DNA of 64,000 nucleotides, from IMG/VR virus record IMGVR_UViG_3300009111_000005, positions 1 to 64,000 of that record; one strand, 5' to 3'. A program made the position numbers and the translations under genes. Below, piece after piece: positions 44,310-53,797 of this stretch. The first letter of the stretch is position 1; every line of letters begins with the position of its first letter. The notes under the pieces were generated by a model. The model was not told where the DNA came from. It saw only the letters and a program-made list of their open reading frames with translations, and did no database searches. Source of the stretch: a virus (Duplodnaviria > Caudoviricetes).

Positions 44310-45119
44310 ATGATCTATACGTTTGGTTGGAGACGAGATCTGCCTGACCATAGGGACTACACGCAAGAACACGCAGCGGTGAAGCTTATCCTGGGTTCGT
44401 CCAAACCCTTGCAGGCAGCAAAGAGCACGCGACCGGCCACCAAGGACTTGCGTGAGTACTGTTCGCCCATCGAGAACCAGGATGTGCTGGGATCATGCAC
44501 GGCACACGCAGGCGTGGGGCTCATGGAGTGGTTCCAGCGTCGTGCGTATGGCAAGCACCTCAACATGAGTCGTCTCTTCCTCTACAAGGTTGCACGTCGG
44601 CTGGTTGGCATCAAAGGCGATGAAGGATGCTATCTGCGAACGACAATGCAGGCCATGCTCATGCTCGGAGTTCCTCCGGAGAATTTCTGGCCCTACAAGG
44701 TCGCTGACTTCGAGAAAGAACCCGACGCATTCATCTATTCCCTGGCGCACAAGTTCGAAGCGTACAGCTACTACAAGCTGTACCCCACCAGGGATAAGAG
44801 CCTGATTGACGTTCTACGTGATCATCTCGCAGGTGGATTGCCGTTCATGTTTGGATTCACCGTCTACTCCAGTATCTCGAATGACGGTTGGATTCCCATT
44901 CCAGGTCCTGCTGATCGCGTGGAGGGGGGCCATGCCGTCATGGCCGTGGGATACGACGATACCAAGAAGGCCTTCCTGATCCGCAATTCGTGGGGTACGA
45001 GCTGGGGCCACAGCGGCTATGGCTGGCTACCGTATTGGTACTTCGAAAACGGTCAGGCCGAGGATTGCTGGTCGCTGGTGCGAGCGAACTTCATCGATAC
45101 CGACCTGTTCAAGGTTTGA
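44310..45119 (+). CDS. papain-like C1 family cysteine peptidase
   Basis: NQ..LGSCTAH, GGHAV.AVGYDD, IRNSWG. Confidence 0.92.
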   Translation: MIYTFGWRRDLPDHRDYTQEHAAVKLILGSSKPLQAAKSTRPATKDLREYCSPIENQDVLGSCTAHAGVGLMEWFQRRAYGKHLNMSRLFLYKVARRLVGIKGDEGCYLRTTMQAMLMLGVPPENFWPYKVADFEKEPDAFIYSLAHKFEAYSYYKLYPTRDKSLIDVLRDHLAGGLPFMFGFTVYSSISNDGWIPIPGPADRVEGGHAVMAVGYDDTKKAFLIRNSWGTSWGHSGYGWLPYWYFENGQAEDCWSLVRANFIDTDLFKV

Positions 45120-45256
45120 AGTACTTGACAGACTACGTGCATTCCTTCATCCTGTAGCTCTGATGCACTCCATGCCCTTCCAGTACTTGTATTACCTACC
45201 TCGGCTCTTAGGTTAAGAGCCTTCGCGCACTCAACTCGACAACTGAATACGTACGC

Positions 45257-45331
45257 GGGTCGGTAGCCCAACTGGAAGCTGGCGCCAGCCTCAGGAGCTG
45301 GTTGTTGTGGGTTCGAATCCCTCCCGACCCA
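45257..45331 (+). tRNA. tRNA-Leu(CAG), short variable loop
   Basis: GGGTCGG/CCGACCC; CCAGC-CTCAGGA-GCTGG; V-loop TTGTT; A73. Confidence 0.85.
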
Positions 45332-45335
45332 CCGC

Positions 45336-45422
45336 GGAAGGTGCCCATAAGGCAGGCCGGGCCTGCGGCTGACTGTAGATCAGCTCCCGCACGGGCGAGT
45401 GGTTCGACTCCATCACCTTCCA
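45336..45422 (+). tRNA. tRNA-Tyr(GTA)
   Basis: GCTGA-CTGTAGA-TCAGC; long variable arm. Confidence 0.9.
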
Positions 45423-45428
45423 CCGTGT

Positions 45429-45503
45429 GCCGCGGTAGCCCAAATGGAAGCTGGCGCCAGGCTAAGGACCTGGAGGTTGCGGGTTCGAATCCCGCCCGCG
45501 GTA
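45429..45503 (+). tRNA. tRNA-Leu(AAG), short variable loop
   Basis: CCAGG-CTAAGGA-CCTGG; V-loop AGGTT; A73. Confidence 0.85.
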
Positions 45504-45507
45504 CTTC

Positions 45508-45581
45508 GGGTCGGTAGCCCAACCGGAAGTGGCCCCCGTCTCAAAAGCGGGCATATGCGGGTTCGAATCCCGTCCGACCCA
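45508..45581 (+). tRNA. tRNA-Leu(CAA), short variable loop
   Basis: CCCGT-CTCAAAA-GCGGG; V-loop CATAT; A73. Confidence 0.85.
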
Positions 45582-45973
45582 CTGAAGGGGATAAGGAACG
45601 GCGCCGCCTGCGCGAGAACGTTGCAGGTCCCCGTCTGACTGAAACAGTCGTTGAGTAGCCTCTCGGCCGGCGCCATCACGATTATAGCTTGCCGGCAGGA
45701 TCTCATCTTCGCTGGTGACGCTGATCATCTGGCTGTACCCGTACCCACCATAGAAAAAAGGCGCTGTGACCGTTTCCGATCAGAGCGCCTACCTTCGCCT
45801 CACGTTTCCGTTCAGCGAACAGACTACATGGTACAAGAAGGGTTCTGAGACGTCAACACTTTTCTTTAGGCCCATAGGGAAAGACCCAGGAGGGCCGTCC
45901 TGGGTCTTTCGAGAAGCTCGACAACAGGGAAAGAATGGCGACAGTCAAAGCGTATCGTAACGGCCCTTATTGG

Positions 45974-46942
45974 TCAAGCAGCCTTTCGGAAGTATCCCAG
46001 GATGGCGAGGAGGGCACGTCCATGGACTTTGCCCTCCGTGATGGACAGCTCCGTGGTGGACCGGTTGGGGACGATGATGAACGTGAAGGTGCCCATCCCT
46101 TGTGCGTGCAGTACACGTTCCATCGTTTTGCTGCATCGATCGAGGTACCACTCGGTGATGTTCTGGAGCGTGTAGAGCACGCTCGTTTGAACATCATCGG
46201 TGATGAGGTTGATGTGGTCGCCTGAATCGAGAATGAAGAGCGGTGCCCCATCGATGGGCGTATTCACGCTCTCCGGGGTGAGTCCCAGGGGCATGACCTC
46301 GCCCATTTCTTTCAGCTCATTGAGGTCGTAGCACAGCGTGTCGTCCGGTTGCAGATGCAGGGCTTTGTCCGTGAGAAACTTCGTCTCGGTGGACACCGCG
46401 GGAAGTTTCCGCAGTCGTTCGTAGAGTGCTTCGAGGATGCTCGTTCGATACGCCGCATTCGCGTCCTGGGACTGGTCAGCGAGCAGGTAGCTCCCGATGA
46501 GTTCGATGGGAGTGCCCCGGGTACGAAGCTGGTCGATCGTGCCATCATCGTCTTCGCGCAACATTTGGGGCGGCACGGGAATGTTGATAGAGATCTCGGC
46601 GCATCCGTGTTCTGCGGCTTTTGCGAACGCGGCTGCGATGCCTTTGCCATCTACTTCCACGACTGTCTTCGTCGTCATCTTGAGTTTCCTTCGATACGTC
46701 TTGGTTTCGTCTCCGGCGTACTTTTCACACAGTTCGGTCTCCGTGGGCGTCATGTCTTCCTTGCAGGTCTTGAGCAGGAAGTTTCGGATGTACCCCGACG
46801 GAACTGTATCGAGGTAGCCCCCCTTGAAGCGCCCTCGAAGCAGGATGTACCGGCCATTGGCCATACGCTGGATGTAGTCGCCCATGGCGGCGGGTCCAGC
46901 GTCATTCATTTCTTCGCGACCTTTTTTACTCGGTAAAGTCAT
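45974..46942 (-). CDS. hypothetical protein
   Basis: long ORF with biased codons; start uncertain. Confidence 0.55.
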   Translation of the reverse strand: MTLPSKKGREEMNDAGPAAMGDYIQRMANGRYILLRGRFKGGYLDTVPSGYIRNFLLKTCKEDMTPTETELCEKYAGDETKTYRRKLKMTTKTVVEVDGKGIAAAFAKAAEHGCAEISINIPVPPQMLREDDDGTIDQLRTRGTPIELIGSYLLADQSQDANAAYRTSILEALYERLRKLPAVSTETKFLTDKALHLQPDDTLCYDLNELKEMGEVMPLGLTPESVNTPIDGAPLFILDSGDHINLITDDVQTSVLYTLQNITEWYLDRCSKTMERVLHAQGMGTFTFIIVPNRSTTELSITEGKVHGRALLAILGYFRKAA

Positions 46943-47188
46943 GTCTTCAGCGTCCACTCTGGTACGTGGTAGACCTGGCAAGGTACAGGCTTCGTAGCAC
47001 AGATTGAACGGTCCACGCATGGGGGCCAGATCGCACCGCCAGTGCAGAGCAAGCTGACGAAGATGTTAGGTTGTTGATTGTAGAACAGGCACCAACCGTT
47101 GTGCTTGTTCCGGCCCCCATGCTTTGCAGAGAGTATGTCGGCACCCTCTGTGAACGGACGGGGAATTGTGTCGAGATCACCCTCATCC

Positions 47189-47851
47189 TTAGCAGTACGA
47201 GTCTCTGATGGTTGCGGCAACGCGGTCCCAGTCGGGCATGTCGTTGATGGGGTCCCAGATGAGCCGCGTGACCTTGACCGCGTGTGCCCAGGGAAGGAGG
47301 CCGGTTTCCGCTTCATGGAGTAGCTCCTGGTAGCCAGTCCGAAGATCCCGCAGATAGGACAGCGGAACTTTGACCTCCGCTTCACGGTTGCGAGCTTTCA
47401 TTCGTTCGTAGGCCGTCTCAGGTTGCACATCGAGGAAGATGAGCTTGGTGGGCGGCATGAGTGACGTGCAAGCGTCGAGGTAACTGTCTTCGTAGATCTG
47501 CCAGAAGTCGGGATCGATGTTGCCCGCTTTCATGTGCAGCTTTGCGAAGACCCTGTCTCCACTGATAGAACGGTCAAGAATCGCTCCTTTGTTGCCCCCG
47601 ATACCAGTGGCTTCAACAGCGGCGAGTTGTTGCATGAGCTTGCGTTTGTTGAGCAGGTGCATCTGCATCGGGAAGGCGTAGTACTTGGGATCGTCATAGA
47701 ACTTCTTGAGGTAGGGGTTGTCATCGGCGGGTTCTTCGACGACACGGAGGCCTAGTCTTTGGCCGATTTCACGACAGAACGTTGTCTTACCTGCACCAAT
47801 GATGGCTTCGACCCAGAGAAGCGGTAGGCGGCGCGCGTTGGGATTGATCAC
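47189..47851 (-). CDS. deoxynucleoside kinase (dNK family)
   Basis: EAIIGAGKTT, NPYL.KFY.DP..YAF.MQ, LDRSI.GD.VF. Confidence 0.9.
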   Translation of the reverse strand: MINPNARRLPLLWVEAIIGAGKTTFCREIGQRLGLRVVEEPADDNPYLKKFYDDPKYYAFPMQMHLLNKRKLMQQLAAVEATGIGGNKGAILDRSISGDRVFAKLHMKAGNIDPDFWQIYEDSYLDACTSLMPPTKLIFLDVQPETAYERMKARNREAEVKVPLSYLRDLRTGYQELLHEAETGLLPWAHAVKVTRLIWDPINDMPDWDRVAATIRDSYC

Positions 47852-48132
47852 TTCTCTTCTCCCTTGGAGATCCCGCCACCAACGCCTACTTGGGTTTTGG
47901 TGGCGGGACGGTTGACGTATTTGTGCTGATAGCCTGCTTTGCGACGTGCAGATCCAGGATAGGTAGGAATAGTCACAGTCGGGATGCTTGAACCGGTGGA
48001 GATGCCCAGACAGACCACCAAGTTGAAGCTACCGCACTTCGGACAATCGCTCGTTACGGGATTTTCGCTGTCCACGAGATCTTCTTTCGTGGCTCCACAA
48101 TCTTGACACTGAAACTCACACATCTTGAGCAT
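47848..48132 (-). CDS. FmdB-family Zn-ribbon protein
   Basis: EFQCQDCG...CPKCGS. Confidence 0.75.
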   Translation of the reverse strand: MLKMCEFQCQDCGATKEDLVDSENPVTSDCPKCGSFNLVVCLGISTGSSIPTVTIPTYPGSARRKAGYQHKYVNRPATKTQVGVGGGISKGEEK

Positions 48133-48578
48133 CAGGCTTCTCCTAGTACTTCGACTTCTGCACCAAGAGAGACGAGTCCTTCGAGGAGTTCAGGGTGCGG
48201 ACGCTGTACGAAGACGAAACGGAGTTGACGTTTCTCGAGGGGATTCACATCCCACTCCACATGCACTGTTTGCAGCAGGCCAAACGGACGACCCTTGTAG
48301 GTGGTGAACAAGGATCCTTTGATATCTTGTTGACGGGCGTAGATGCGTAGAGGGTAGGCGTCGTTGTGATTGAGACTGTCGGGCGGCAGGCTGTACGGGT
48401 TGTCTTCCTTGATGTACTTGAAGAATACTTCGTTTTGGTCCGTGTTCAGTCGAAAGTGTTCAAGGCAGATCAGGTTGCCCTGTTCGTTGATAGCGACATG
48501 TTCGTGGGGGCCAATCTGCACGCAGAGGTCATGTTGTGGCATGTCGGCTAGATAAACATTGAATGGAGGGTAAGTCAA
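48132..48578 (-). CDS. hypothetical protein
   Basis: coupled ORF. Confidence 0.6.
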   Translation of the reverse strand: MTYPPFNVYLADMPQHDLCVQIGPHEHVAINEQGNLICLEHFRLNTDQNEVFFKYIKEDNPYSLPPDSLNHNDAYPLRIYARQQDIKGSLFTTYKGRPFGLLQTVHVEWDVNPLEKRQLRFVFVQRPHPELLEGLVSLGAEVEVLGEA

Positions 48579-48600
48579 GCGAAACGAGGAGATGGGAGAT

Positions 48601-48864
48601 CTAACTGATCGCTTCAGCGCCTGACGTCATGATGTCAGGAAGCCAACCGATGGTGGTTCCAATACCGAGTCCACCGAGAACGTTCTTGAGGAGTGTGCCA
48701 GGGTGTTTTCGGGCACGAAGTAGCCCCGCACCTGTTCCGATGATAGCTCCAGCTGCTGTGCCTCCCTTGCGAATACGTTCTTCGGTTGTGCGTGCAGGCG
48801 TGAACGCAGTCTTGGTTAAGCCAAGGTCACGAAGTGCAGTCGCATGTCCGAGCTGGTGAAACAT
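48601..48864 (-). CDS. glycine-zipper protein with LGLxKxA N-terminus
   Basis: FHQLGHATALRDLGLTKTA; GAAIIG-like repeats. Confidence 0.6.
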   Translation of the reverse strand: MFHQLGHATALRDLGLTKTAFTPARTTEERIRKGGTAAGAIIGTGAGLLRARKHPGTLLKNVLGGLGIGTTIGWLPDIMTSGAEAIS

Positions 48865-49883
48865 CAGTAGGGCCTCGTGACCCCTTTGGCGGGGCTGATG
48901 TTCTTCAGTACTTGCTGAAGACGCCAGGCGAGGTTGTTTGTCTCAGGGACATCACGCATCAATGCGCCCGCGTCAGCCGTCTTGATGCGCGCCACACCGA
49001 GCTTCGGGGGCATTGCGCCCTCGGGAGGCATCGTGCCCTCCGGGGGCATGCCTGCGCCTTCGGGGCCACCGGGGGACGCTACCTGCGTGCCCGGGACGGC
49101 TTCTTCGGGATTCGAGACTTCTACTTTCGCGCCGGGCTCCGCGGCGAAGATGCTGTTGAGCCCGGTGGGATCCTGAGTCGCTTCGGGGGTCACCTTCACG
49201 GTAGTCGAGCGTTGACCATCCGGGGTGATCTTCATCTGAAGCCCCTGAAACGTGCCACCGGGCAGCAGCTGAATCGCTTCTTCCGCGCTCGCGGGTTGCG
49301 GTGGCGCTTGCTGTGCTTGGCTGCCTCCACTCCAGTAGTTCGGGTCGCCGAGGGCGGCGTCGGCCTGCTTGCGGAACTCTTCGAAGGCCATACGCGCGCC
49401 CAGGTCACGGGCGTACTTCAAGTATGTGCTGCTCATCGCTTCCTCCGCGATCTTCTTCGGCGTTTCAAACGTCGCCTTGACCTTCTTCTCGAACTCTTCG
49501 AACGGCATTGTCGTCATCGAGCCGAAGAAGCCGGGTTTGTTGTAGTGTGCGAGGTATGCGCTTTTGGCTGCATCGGCAGACATGAACCCCAGCATGCACT
49601 TGTCTTCATCATACACCTTGAAGTCAGGTGCTTTCATCTGGTGCACGACGTAGACGTTGGGAGCCCGTGTGTTGGGACCGACGTAGCAGTCTACATGATC
49701 CCCGTCGACACCTTCAGTGCGACGGATGTAGCCATACGGCACGCGCATCTTGGTGGTGCCACGCTTGTTTTCGTGGGGATCGAACCAGTGGCGCAGTTCG
49801 CCTTTGTCCGTCTCGACAGAGATGGGCAGGCCGCGAAAGGTGAGGCGGCGAGAGAGTTGACGGCGTGCGAACTTCAGGTTCAT
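48864..49883 (-). CDS. inorganic-pyrophosphatase-like (InPase) domain protein
   Basis: GLPISVE...YGYIRRTEGVDGDHVDCYVG...DEDKCMLGF. Confidence 0.75.
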   Translation of the reverse strand: MNLKFARRQLSRRLTFRGLPISVETDKGELRHWFDPHENKRGTTKMRVPYGYIRRTEGVDGDHVDCYVGPNTRAPNVYVVHQMKAPDFKVYDEDKCMLGFMSADAAKSAYLAHYNKPGFFGSMTTMPFEEFEKKVKATFETPKKIAEEAMSSTYLKYARDLGARMAFEEFRKQADAALGDPNYWSGGSQAQQAPPQPASAEEAIQLLPGGTFQGLQMKITPDGQRSTTVKVTPEATQDPTGLNSIFAAEPGAKVEVSNPEEAVPGTQVASPGGPEGAGMPPEGTMPPEGAMPPKLGVARIKTADAGALMRDVPETNNLAWRLQQVLKNISPAKGVTRPY

Positions 49884-49887
49884 CAGG

Positions 49888-50463
49888 TCACTGAAACAAG
49901 TTGCTGCTTGCGTTTTGTGCTTGGGACGTTCCGGTATTCGCGTATTCTTTTTTCGGTCCTACGGTTCCTCCAGGTACCGACCCTGGTACGCTGCCTGTGC
50001 CGAGGGGAACCATCTGCACGTCCACTGGCTGTGTTGGACCTTTGTTCGTTGCCAAGGGATTCGGTGATGCTTTGAACGAGGGAGACGTACTCGGAGCGCC
50101 CAGCTGACCCGCGCTCTTGGTGACAGGTGTCGGGAGTAGTTCAGCGGGTGTCCGTGTAGTCGTGGTGATAGGCGTTACGCCCAGAGCTTCATCCAGTGCT
50201 CGCGAACTTACCGTGATGGGTTGTCCGTTAGGGCCCATGAGGCGAACTGACCCTGCGACAGGTCCGGGTTGGGCTGTGGGTAGTGCTTTTCGAAGTTGGT
50301 CCAATCCCTGTCGAAGTTCTCGTTGTTCGAGACGCCGTGTGATGGGTGCAAGAACACGTCGGCTCAACGCAGGGATATCGACAAGCGCGGGCCACGCGGC
50401 ATCTTTTTCGAGGCCGAGATCAACGAGTGCGCGATGCGCGCCCTGTGCGTAGAACGGGTTCAC
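49888..50463 (-). CDS. LGLxKxA-family virion-region protein
   Basis: FYAQGAHRALVDLGLEKDA. Confidence 0.6.
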   Translation of the reverse strand: MNPFYAQGAHRALVDLGLEKDAAWPALVDIPALSRRVLAPITRRLEQRELRQGLDQLRKALPTAQPGPVAGSVRLMGPNGQPITVSSRALDEALGVTPITTTTRTPAELLPTPVTKSAGQLGAPSTSPSFKASPNPLATNKGPTQPVDVQMVPLGTGSVPGSVPGGTVGPKKEYANTGTSQAQNASSNLFQ

Positions 50464-50900
50464 TTTGTTGGGTCTCCACCGGGTACTGGGCCAGGACTTG
50501 CGCTGGGAACTTGACTCGCTTGGAGTCCACCCGGGAAGTCACTCGCCTTGGGCGGTGCAGCTGGTGCAGCGGGCTTTGGCATCTGCGCAGGTGGTGTTGC
50601 GCCGGGCATGCTTCCTGGTTTCGAACCGGGGATGCTTCCTGGTCCTGATGGTGCTGTGGACGGTCCCGGCATCGAAGGTGTTGGTTGCGCTTTCGGAGGC
50701 TGCATAGGCGCAGAAGAGGGCGTCTGCGGTGCGCGGAACTGGCCACCACCCACCATCTGACCCGCGTTGAGCTTGGCTCCGAGACTGCCCGGAGGTGGCG
50801 CACCCATCGGACCTGGCGCACTCAGCAGAGGCGCAGCTTGTTTGATGAGCCCGAGGGCTGTCAGGGCGTGGTACCAGCCGAGCTTGACGAAGGTCATCAT
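50460..50900 (-). CDS. Pro-rich LGLxKxA-family protein
   Basis: FVKLGWYHALTALGLIKQA. Confidence 0.6.
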   Translation of the reverse strand: MMTFVKLGWYHALTALGLIKQAAPLLSAPGPMGAPPPGSLGAKLNAGQMVGGGQFRAPQTPSSAPMQPPKAQPTPSMPGPSTAPSGPGSIPGSKPGSMPGATPPAQMPKPAAPAAPPKASDFPGGLQASQVPSASPGPVPGGDPTK

Positions 50901-50906
50901 GGGCTC

Positions 50907-51071
50907 CTAGAGCATCACGCCTTCACGACGAAGCGCATCGACGGTGCTGCTCTTCCCACCTGTGATCGGTGGTTTGGGTGGCGGAGGCGGTGGTACAGGG
51001 GGCGGTGCAGCGGTCTTGAACAGCCCCAGTGTGCGAAGTGCTTCCATCTGGCCTTGTTTGTAGAACTGCAT
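50907..51071 (-). CDS. small LGLxKxA-family protein (54 aa, not in ORF track)
   Basis: MQFYKQGQMEALRTLGLFKTAAPPP...; AGGAG RBS. Confidence 0.6.
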   Translation of the reverse strand: MQFYKQGQMEALRTLGLFKTAAPPPVPPPPPPKPPITGGKSSTVDALRREGVML

Positions 51072-51080
51072 CAGTTGCTC

Positions 51081-51554
51081 CTAGTAAGGCACGCGCGGTG
51101 CGGCTACTGTTTGTGCATGGCCGAGATGCCATGCAGGCAGATCGGCGCGGGTGACAGAGGTTACGGGATTGCTCGCAGACATGGAGGACAATACGGTAGG
51201 TCCGCGCAGACTCGCCGTTCCTGAATCAGTGCCGTACACTTTTCCCTGTTCACCGAGTACACGCTCGTAGTGCTGCTTGGCCTGCGACTTGGCGGCTTGT
51301 TCGGCTGCGTTGAGCCCTGGTTCCAGGTGCATTTCGGTCATGAGTTCGGGGGTGCCGGGGCGCGTCAGCGCTTGGCGAAGGCGACGCGCGCCCGTGACTT
51401 GCGGAACCTCAGCGCGGCCAGAGAACTCGGTCAAGCGTTGCATGAAACTCTTGGCCGCAGGAGTCAGCTCTTTCATGATCGCGGTCGCGGCTTCTTTGCT
51501 GAGACCCAGCGAAGCGAACGCGTACCCCTGTCCCTGTGTGTAGAAGATCGTCAT
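51081..51554 (-). CDS. LGLxKxA-family protein
   Basis: FYTQGQGYAFASLGLSKEA. Confidence 0.6.
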   Translation of the reverse strand: MTIFYTQGQGYAFASLGLSKEAATAIMKELTPAAKSFMQRLTEFSGRAEVPQVTGARRLRQALTRPGTPELMTEMHLEPGLNAAEQAAKSQAKQHYERVLGEQGKVYGTDSGTASLRGPTVLSSMSASNPVTSVTRADLPAWHLGHAQTVAAPRVPY

Positions 51555-51557
51555 GTT

Positions 51558-51818
51558 CTACATCTTGAGTGGCGGCATTTTGCCGCTGAGCTGACGTTGA
51601 GGAATGCGGAACGGGTTGCGAAACATTCGACTGAGCAACTTGTTCATGTCGAATTTCGGCATCTTCAGTTTGAAGAGTCGTTTGATCTTCCGGTGAATCT
51701 CCATGAAGGGGTTTTTGCGCGCCTTGACGAGGAGCGGCAGCACTTTGGCTTCCTTCACGTAGTGAAGGAGACCTAGGTCTGCGAGCGCTTGCTCACGTCC
51801 TGCGTCATAGAACGGCAT
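51558..51818 (-). CDS. LGLxKxA-family protein
   Basis: FYDAGREQALADLGLLHYVKEA; TGATG overlap. Confidence 0.6.
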   Translation of the reverse strand: MPFYDAGREQALADLGLLHYVKEAKVLPLLVKARKNPFMEIHRKIKRLFKLKMPKFDMNKLLSRMFRNPFRIPQRQLSGKMPPLKM

Positions 51819-52114
51819 CAGTGTGCTCGTTTGAGCGCGTTGATGAGCGCATTGCGAATCGTTGGAGCCCCCGCGACGGCGAGTCCTGTACCCGCGCCCA
51901 TGAGCCCACCCCACGCTGACTGTTCCCCAGGATGCTCTGCACCCATGATGAGTCCGGTACCGAGACCTCCAAGTGCGCCCATGCCTGCTTGAACCGGCAT
52001 ACGTGTCAGGTATTCACCTGCGGGCCCCTCGAGCGTCTTGAGTACACGCGCTTGCATGGCCGGTGGAAGACCCAGCGCAGCGAATGCGGTGCGTTGACCA
52101 AGCTTGAACATCAT
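51818..52114 (-). CDS. glycine-zipper protein, LGL family
   Basis: FKLGQRTAFAALGL; GMGALGGLGTG. Confidence 0.6.
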   Translation of the reverse strand: MMFKLGQRTAFAALGLPPAMQARVLKTLEGPAGEYLTRMPVQAGMGALGGLGTGLIMGAEHPGEQSAWGGLMGAGTGLAVAGAPTIRNALINALKRAH

Positions 52115-52683
52115 CAGAGTCCTAGACGACCTCGAAGGTCATCCACAGGAGACTTCTTTTCAGTGGTCAAGCCAGCAGCGCCTCCACCTGCGAGTCCTCC
52201 GAGTGCACCAGAGGCGTATGCAGGGTTGCTCAGAACTTTCATGCGTGGGTTGGCCACGTTTTGTGCAGCTTGACGGCCAATCGCAACTTCTGCGGCACGG
52301 TCGGCGGGAGCGCCGGTGATGCGTTGTACTTCACCCAGATTTTGCCCGATCTGCCGTTCTATCGTCTGATTGGCGCGAGAGATGTAGTTCGGGTTGGCGC
52401 GTTGGAAAGCCTTTGCTTTGAGACCGCTGTGGGCTCCACCGACGAGGCCACCCGTGAGCGCACCGCCGGCCATCCCTCGAAGGAATCCCGACCCACCTTC
52501 ACCTTCGGGTGCCGCAGCGAGGCCGCCCACACCACCCGTTACTGCGCCGGTGATAGCACCTTTGGCAGCGCCACGTCCCATGGTGCCTACGAGCTGGCGT
52601 CCTGCGGTGAGGAGATCGGCATGTTTGATCAGTCCGAGCGCCTCGCACGCGACCTTGACACCTCTTGCGTAAAACGAAGACAT
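52114..52683 (-). CDS. glycine-zipper protein, LGLxKxA family
   Basis: FYARGVKVACEALGLIKHA; GAITGAVTGGVGG. Confidence 0.65.
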   Translation of the reverse strand: MSSFYARGVKVACEALGLIKHADLLTAGRQLVGTMGRGAAKGAITGAVTGGVGGLAAAPEGEGGSGFLRGMAGGALTGGLVGGAHSGLKAKAFQRANPNYISRANQTIERQIGQNLGEVQRITGAPADRAAEVAIGRQAAQNVANPRMKVLSNPAYASGALGGLAGGGAAGLTTEKKSPVDDLRGRLGL

Positions 52684-52685
52684 CG

Positions 52686-53435
52686 TTATCTCCTCATGAT
52701 GACGTGTTTGAGCGCGCTAGGTACTCCACGCATCTTGCTCATTGCAGCTGCGAACCCTGGTCGCGTTGCTTCCAGATGATGGACAACATCGGGAAGTTGA
52801 CTCGCTGCGAGGATGGGTATATCCGCTAGTCCACTGAGGACGGCTGTGCGGGGTCGATCTTCGGGACGTGGAGCGATGAGCCAACCGATGCCTGCACCTG
52901 TACCGACACCGACGGCCATACGCTTGAGCATCTGTGCCGCACCGGGGCTGAGTGCGGTTTTGACCGAACTTTCCTTCTTGCGTGCAAGAAGGCCCGCGCC
53001 CGCGCCAGTGAGCCCTGCGATACCTGCGGCTTCACCGAAAATGCGCTTGAACTGTTCCGCACGGTCCGGGTTCAACTTTTCGATGACTTTTCCAGCCATC
53101 GGCGAATGCACAGAGACACGTGCGGGAATTCTTGAAAGACCACCGCGAATGGCACCGTGTGTTCCCGCTGCGAGTCCTCCGACGGTGCCTCCGAGAAGAG
53201 CGCCACGCAAGAATCCTTTGCCGCGTTGTCCTTCATCGCTGGTTGCAGCGCCAGTGACGCCCCCAGTGAGAGCCCCAAGAGGTGCAAGGAACGGTGCTGT
53301 GCCCAAAAAGTGCGCTGCCGCAGCAGGATTCTTTTTGGTGATGGCCATGATCGCTCGCCGGATAGGACCCGGTGTCGCGGTCTTTTCGAGACCGAGCACG
53401 GTCAAGGCACAGCGTTGTCCTTGCTCGTACATCAC
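52686..53435 (-). CDS. glycine-zipper protein, LGLxKxA family
   Basis: YEQGQRCALTVLGLEKTA; multiple GxxxG. Confidence 0.65.
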   Translation of the reverse strand: MMYEQGQRCALTVLGLEKTATPGPIRRAIMAITKKNPAAAAHFLGTAPFLAPLGALTGGVTGAATSDEGQRGKGFLRGALLGGTVGGLAAGTHGAIRGGLSRIPARVSVHSPMAGKVIEKLNPDRAEQFKRIFGEAAGIAGLTGAGAGLLARKKESSVKTALSPGAAQMLKRMAVGVGTGAGIGWLIAPRPEDRPRTAVLSGLADIPILAASQLPDVVHHLEATRPGFAAAMSKMRGVPSALKHVIMRR

Positions 53436-53788
53436 GCGAACGCCATTCCCTTCAGTGTGGCGGGTACGGTTCCCGTGGAGACTTTGAGCGCTGTGATGAC
53501 ACCATCACCGAAGATGAGCACGAAGCCGGTGCCCGCTTTGATGGTGAGGGCATCGGTGCTCGCGTTGAGCTTCACCGTGATGTCATTGGTGAGCGCTTGG
53601 AGCAGCAAGAACTTTGCACTCGCCATGGGAAGCGCGACGACTTCGTCGGTGACCACACCCGAGTAGACCTTCTCGATGTGTAGCGCCGAGGCGTACACGA
53701 GCGAGGCGGCGAGATTGATCTTTGCCGCTTGCTTGCCGTCTTCGAGAGGCCACTGAATCTCGCCAGTGAAAGAAAGTGTGCGTGCCAT
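53432..53788 (-). CDS. beta-rich putative structural protein
   Basis: AGGAG RBS; alternating hydrophobic pattern. Confidence 0.55.
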   Translation of the reverse strand: MARTLSFTGEIQWPLEDGKQAAKINLAASLVYASALHIEKVYSGVVTDEVVALPMASAKFLLLQALTNDITVKLNASTDALTIKAGTGFVLIFGDGVITALKVSTGTVPATLKGMAFA

Positions 53789-53797
53789 CGAGGTCTC

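Noticed and set aside
45582-45720. Additional tRNA after Leu(CAA)
   Set aside because: Hairpins are present (GGGGA/TCCCC, CCTGC/GCAGG) but there is no T-loop or cloverleaf.
46939-47188. CDS between dNK and 45974..46942
   Set aside because: Two competing frames, neither with both a clear start and recognisable content; left uncalled.
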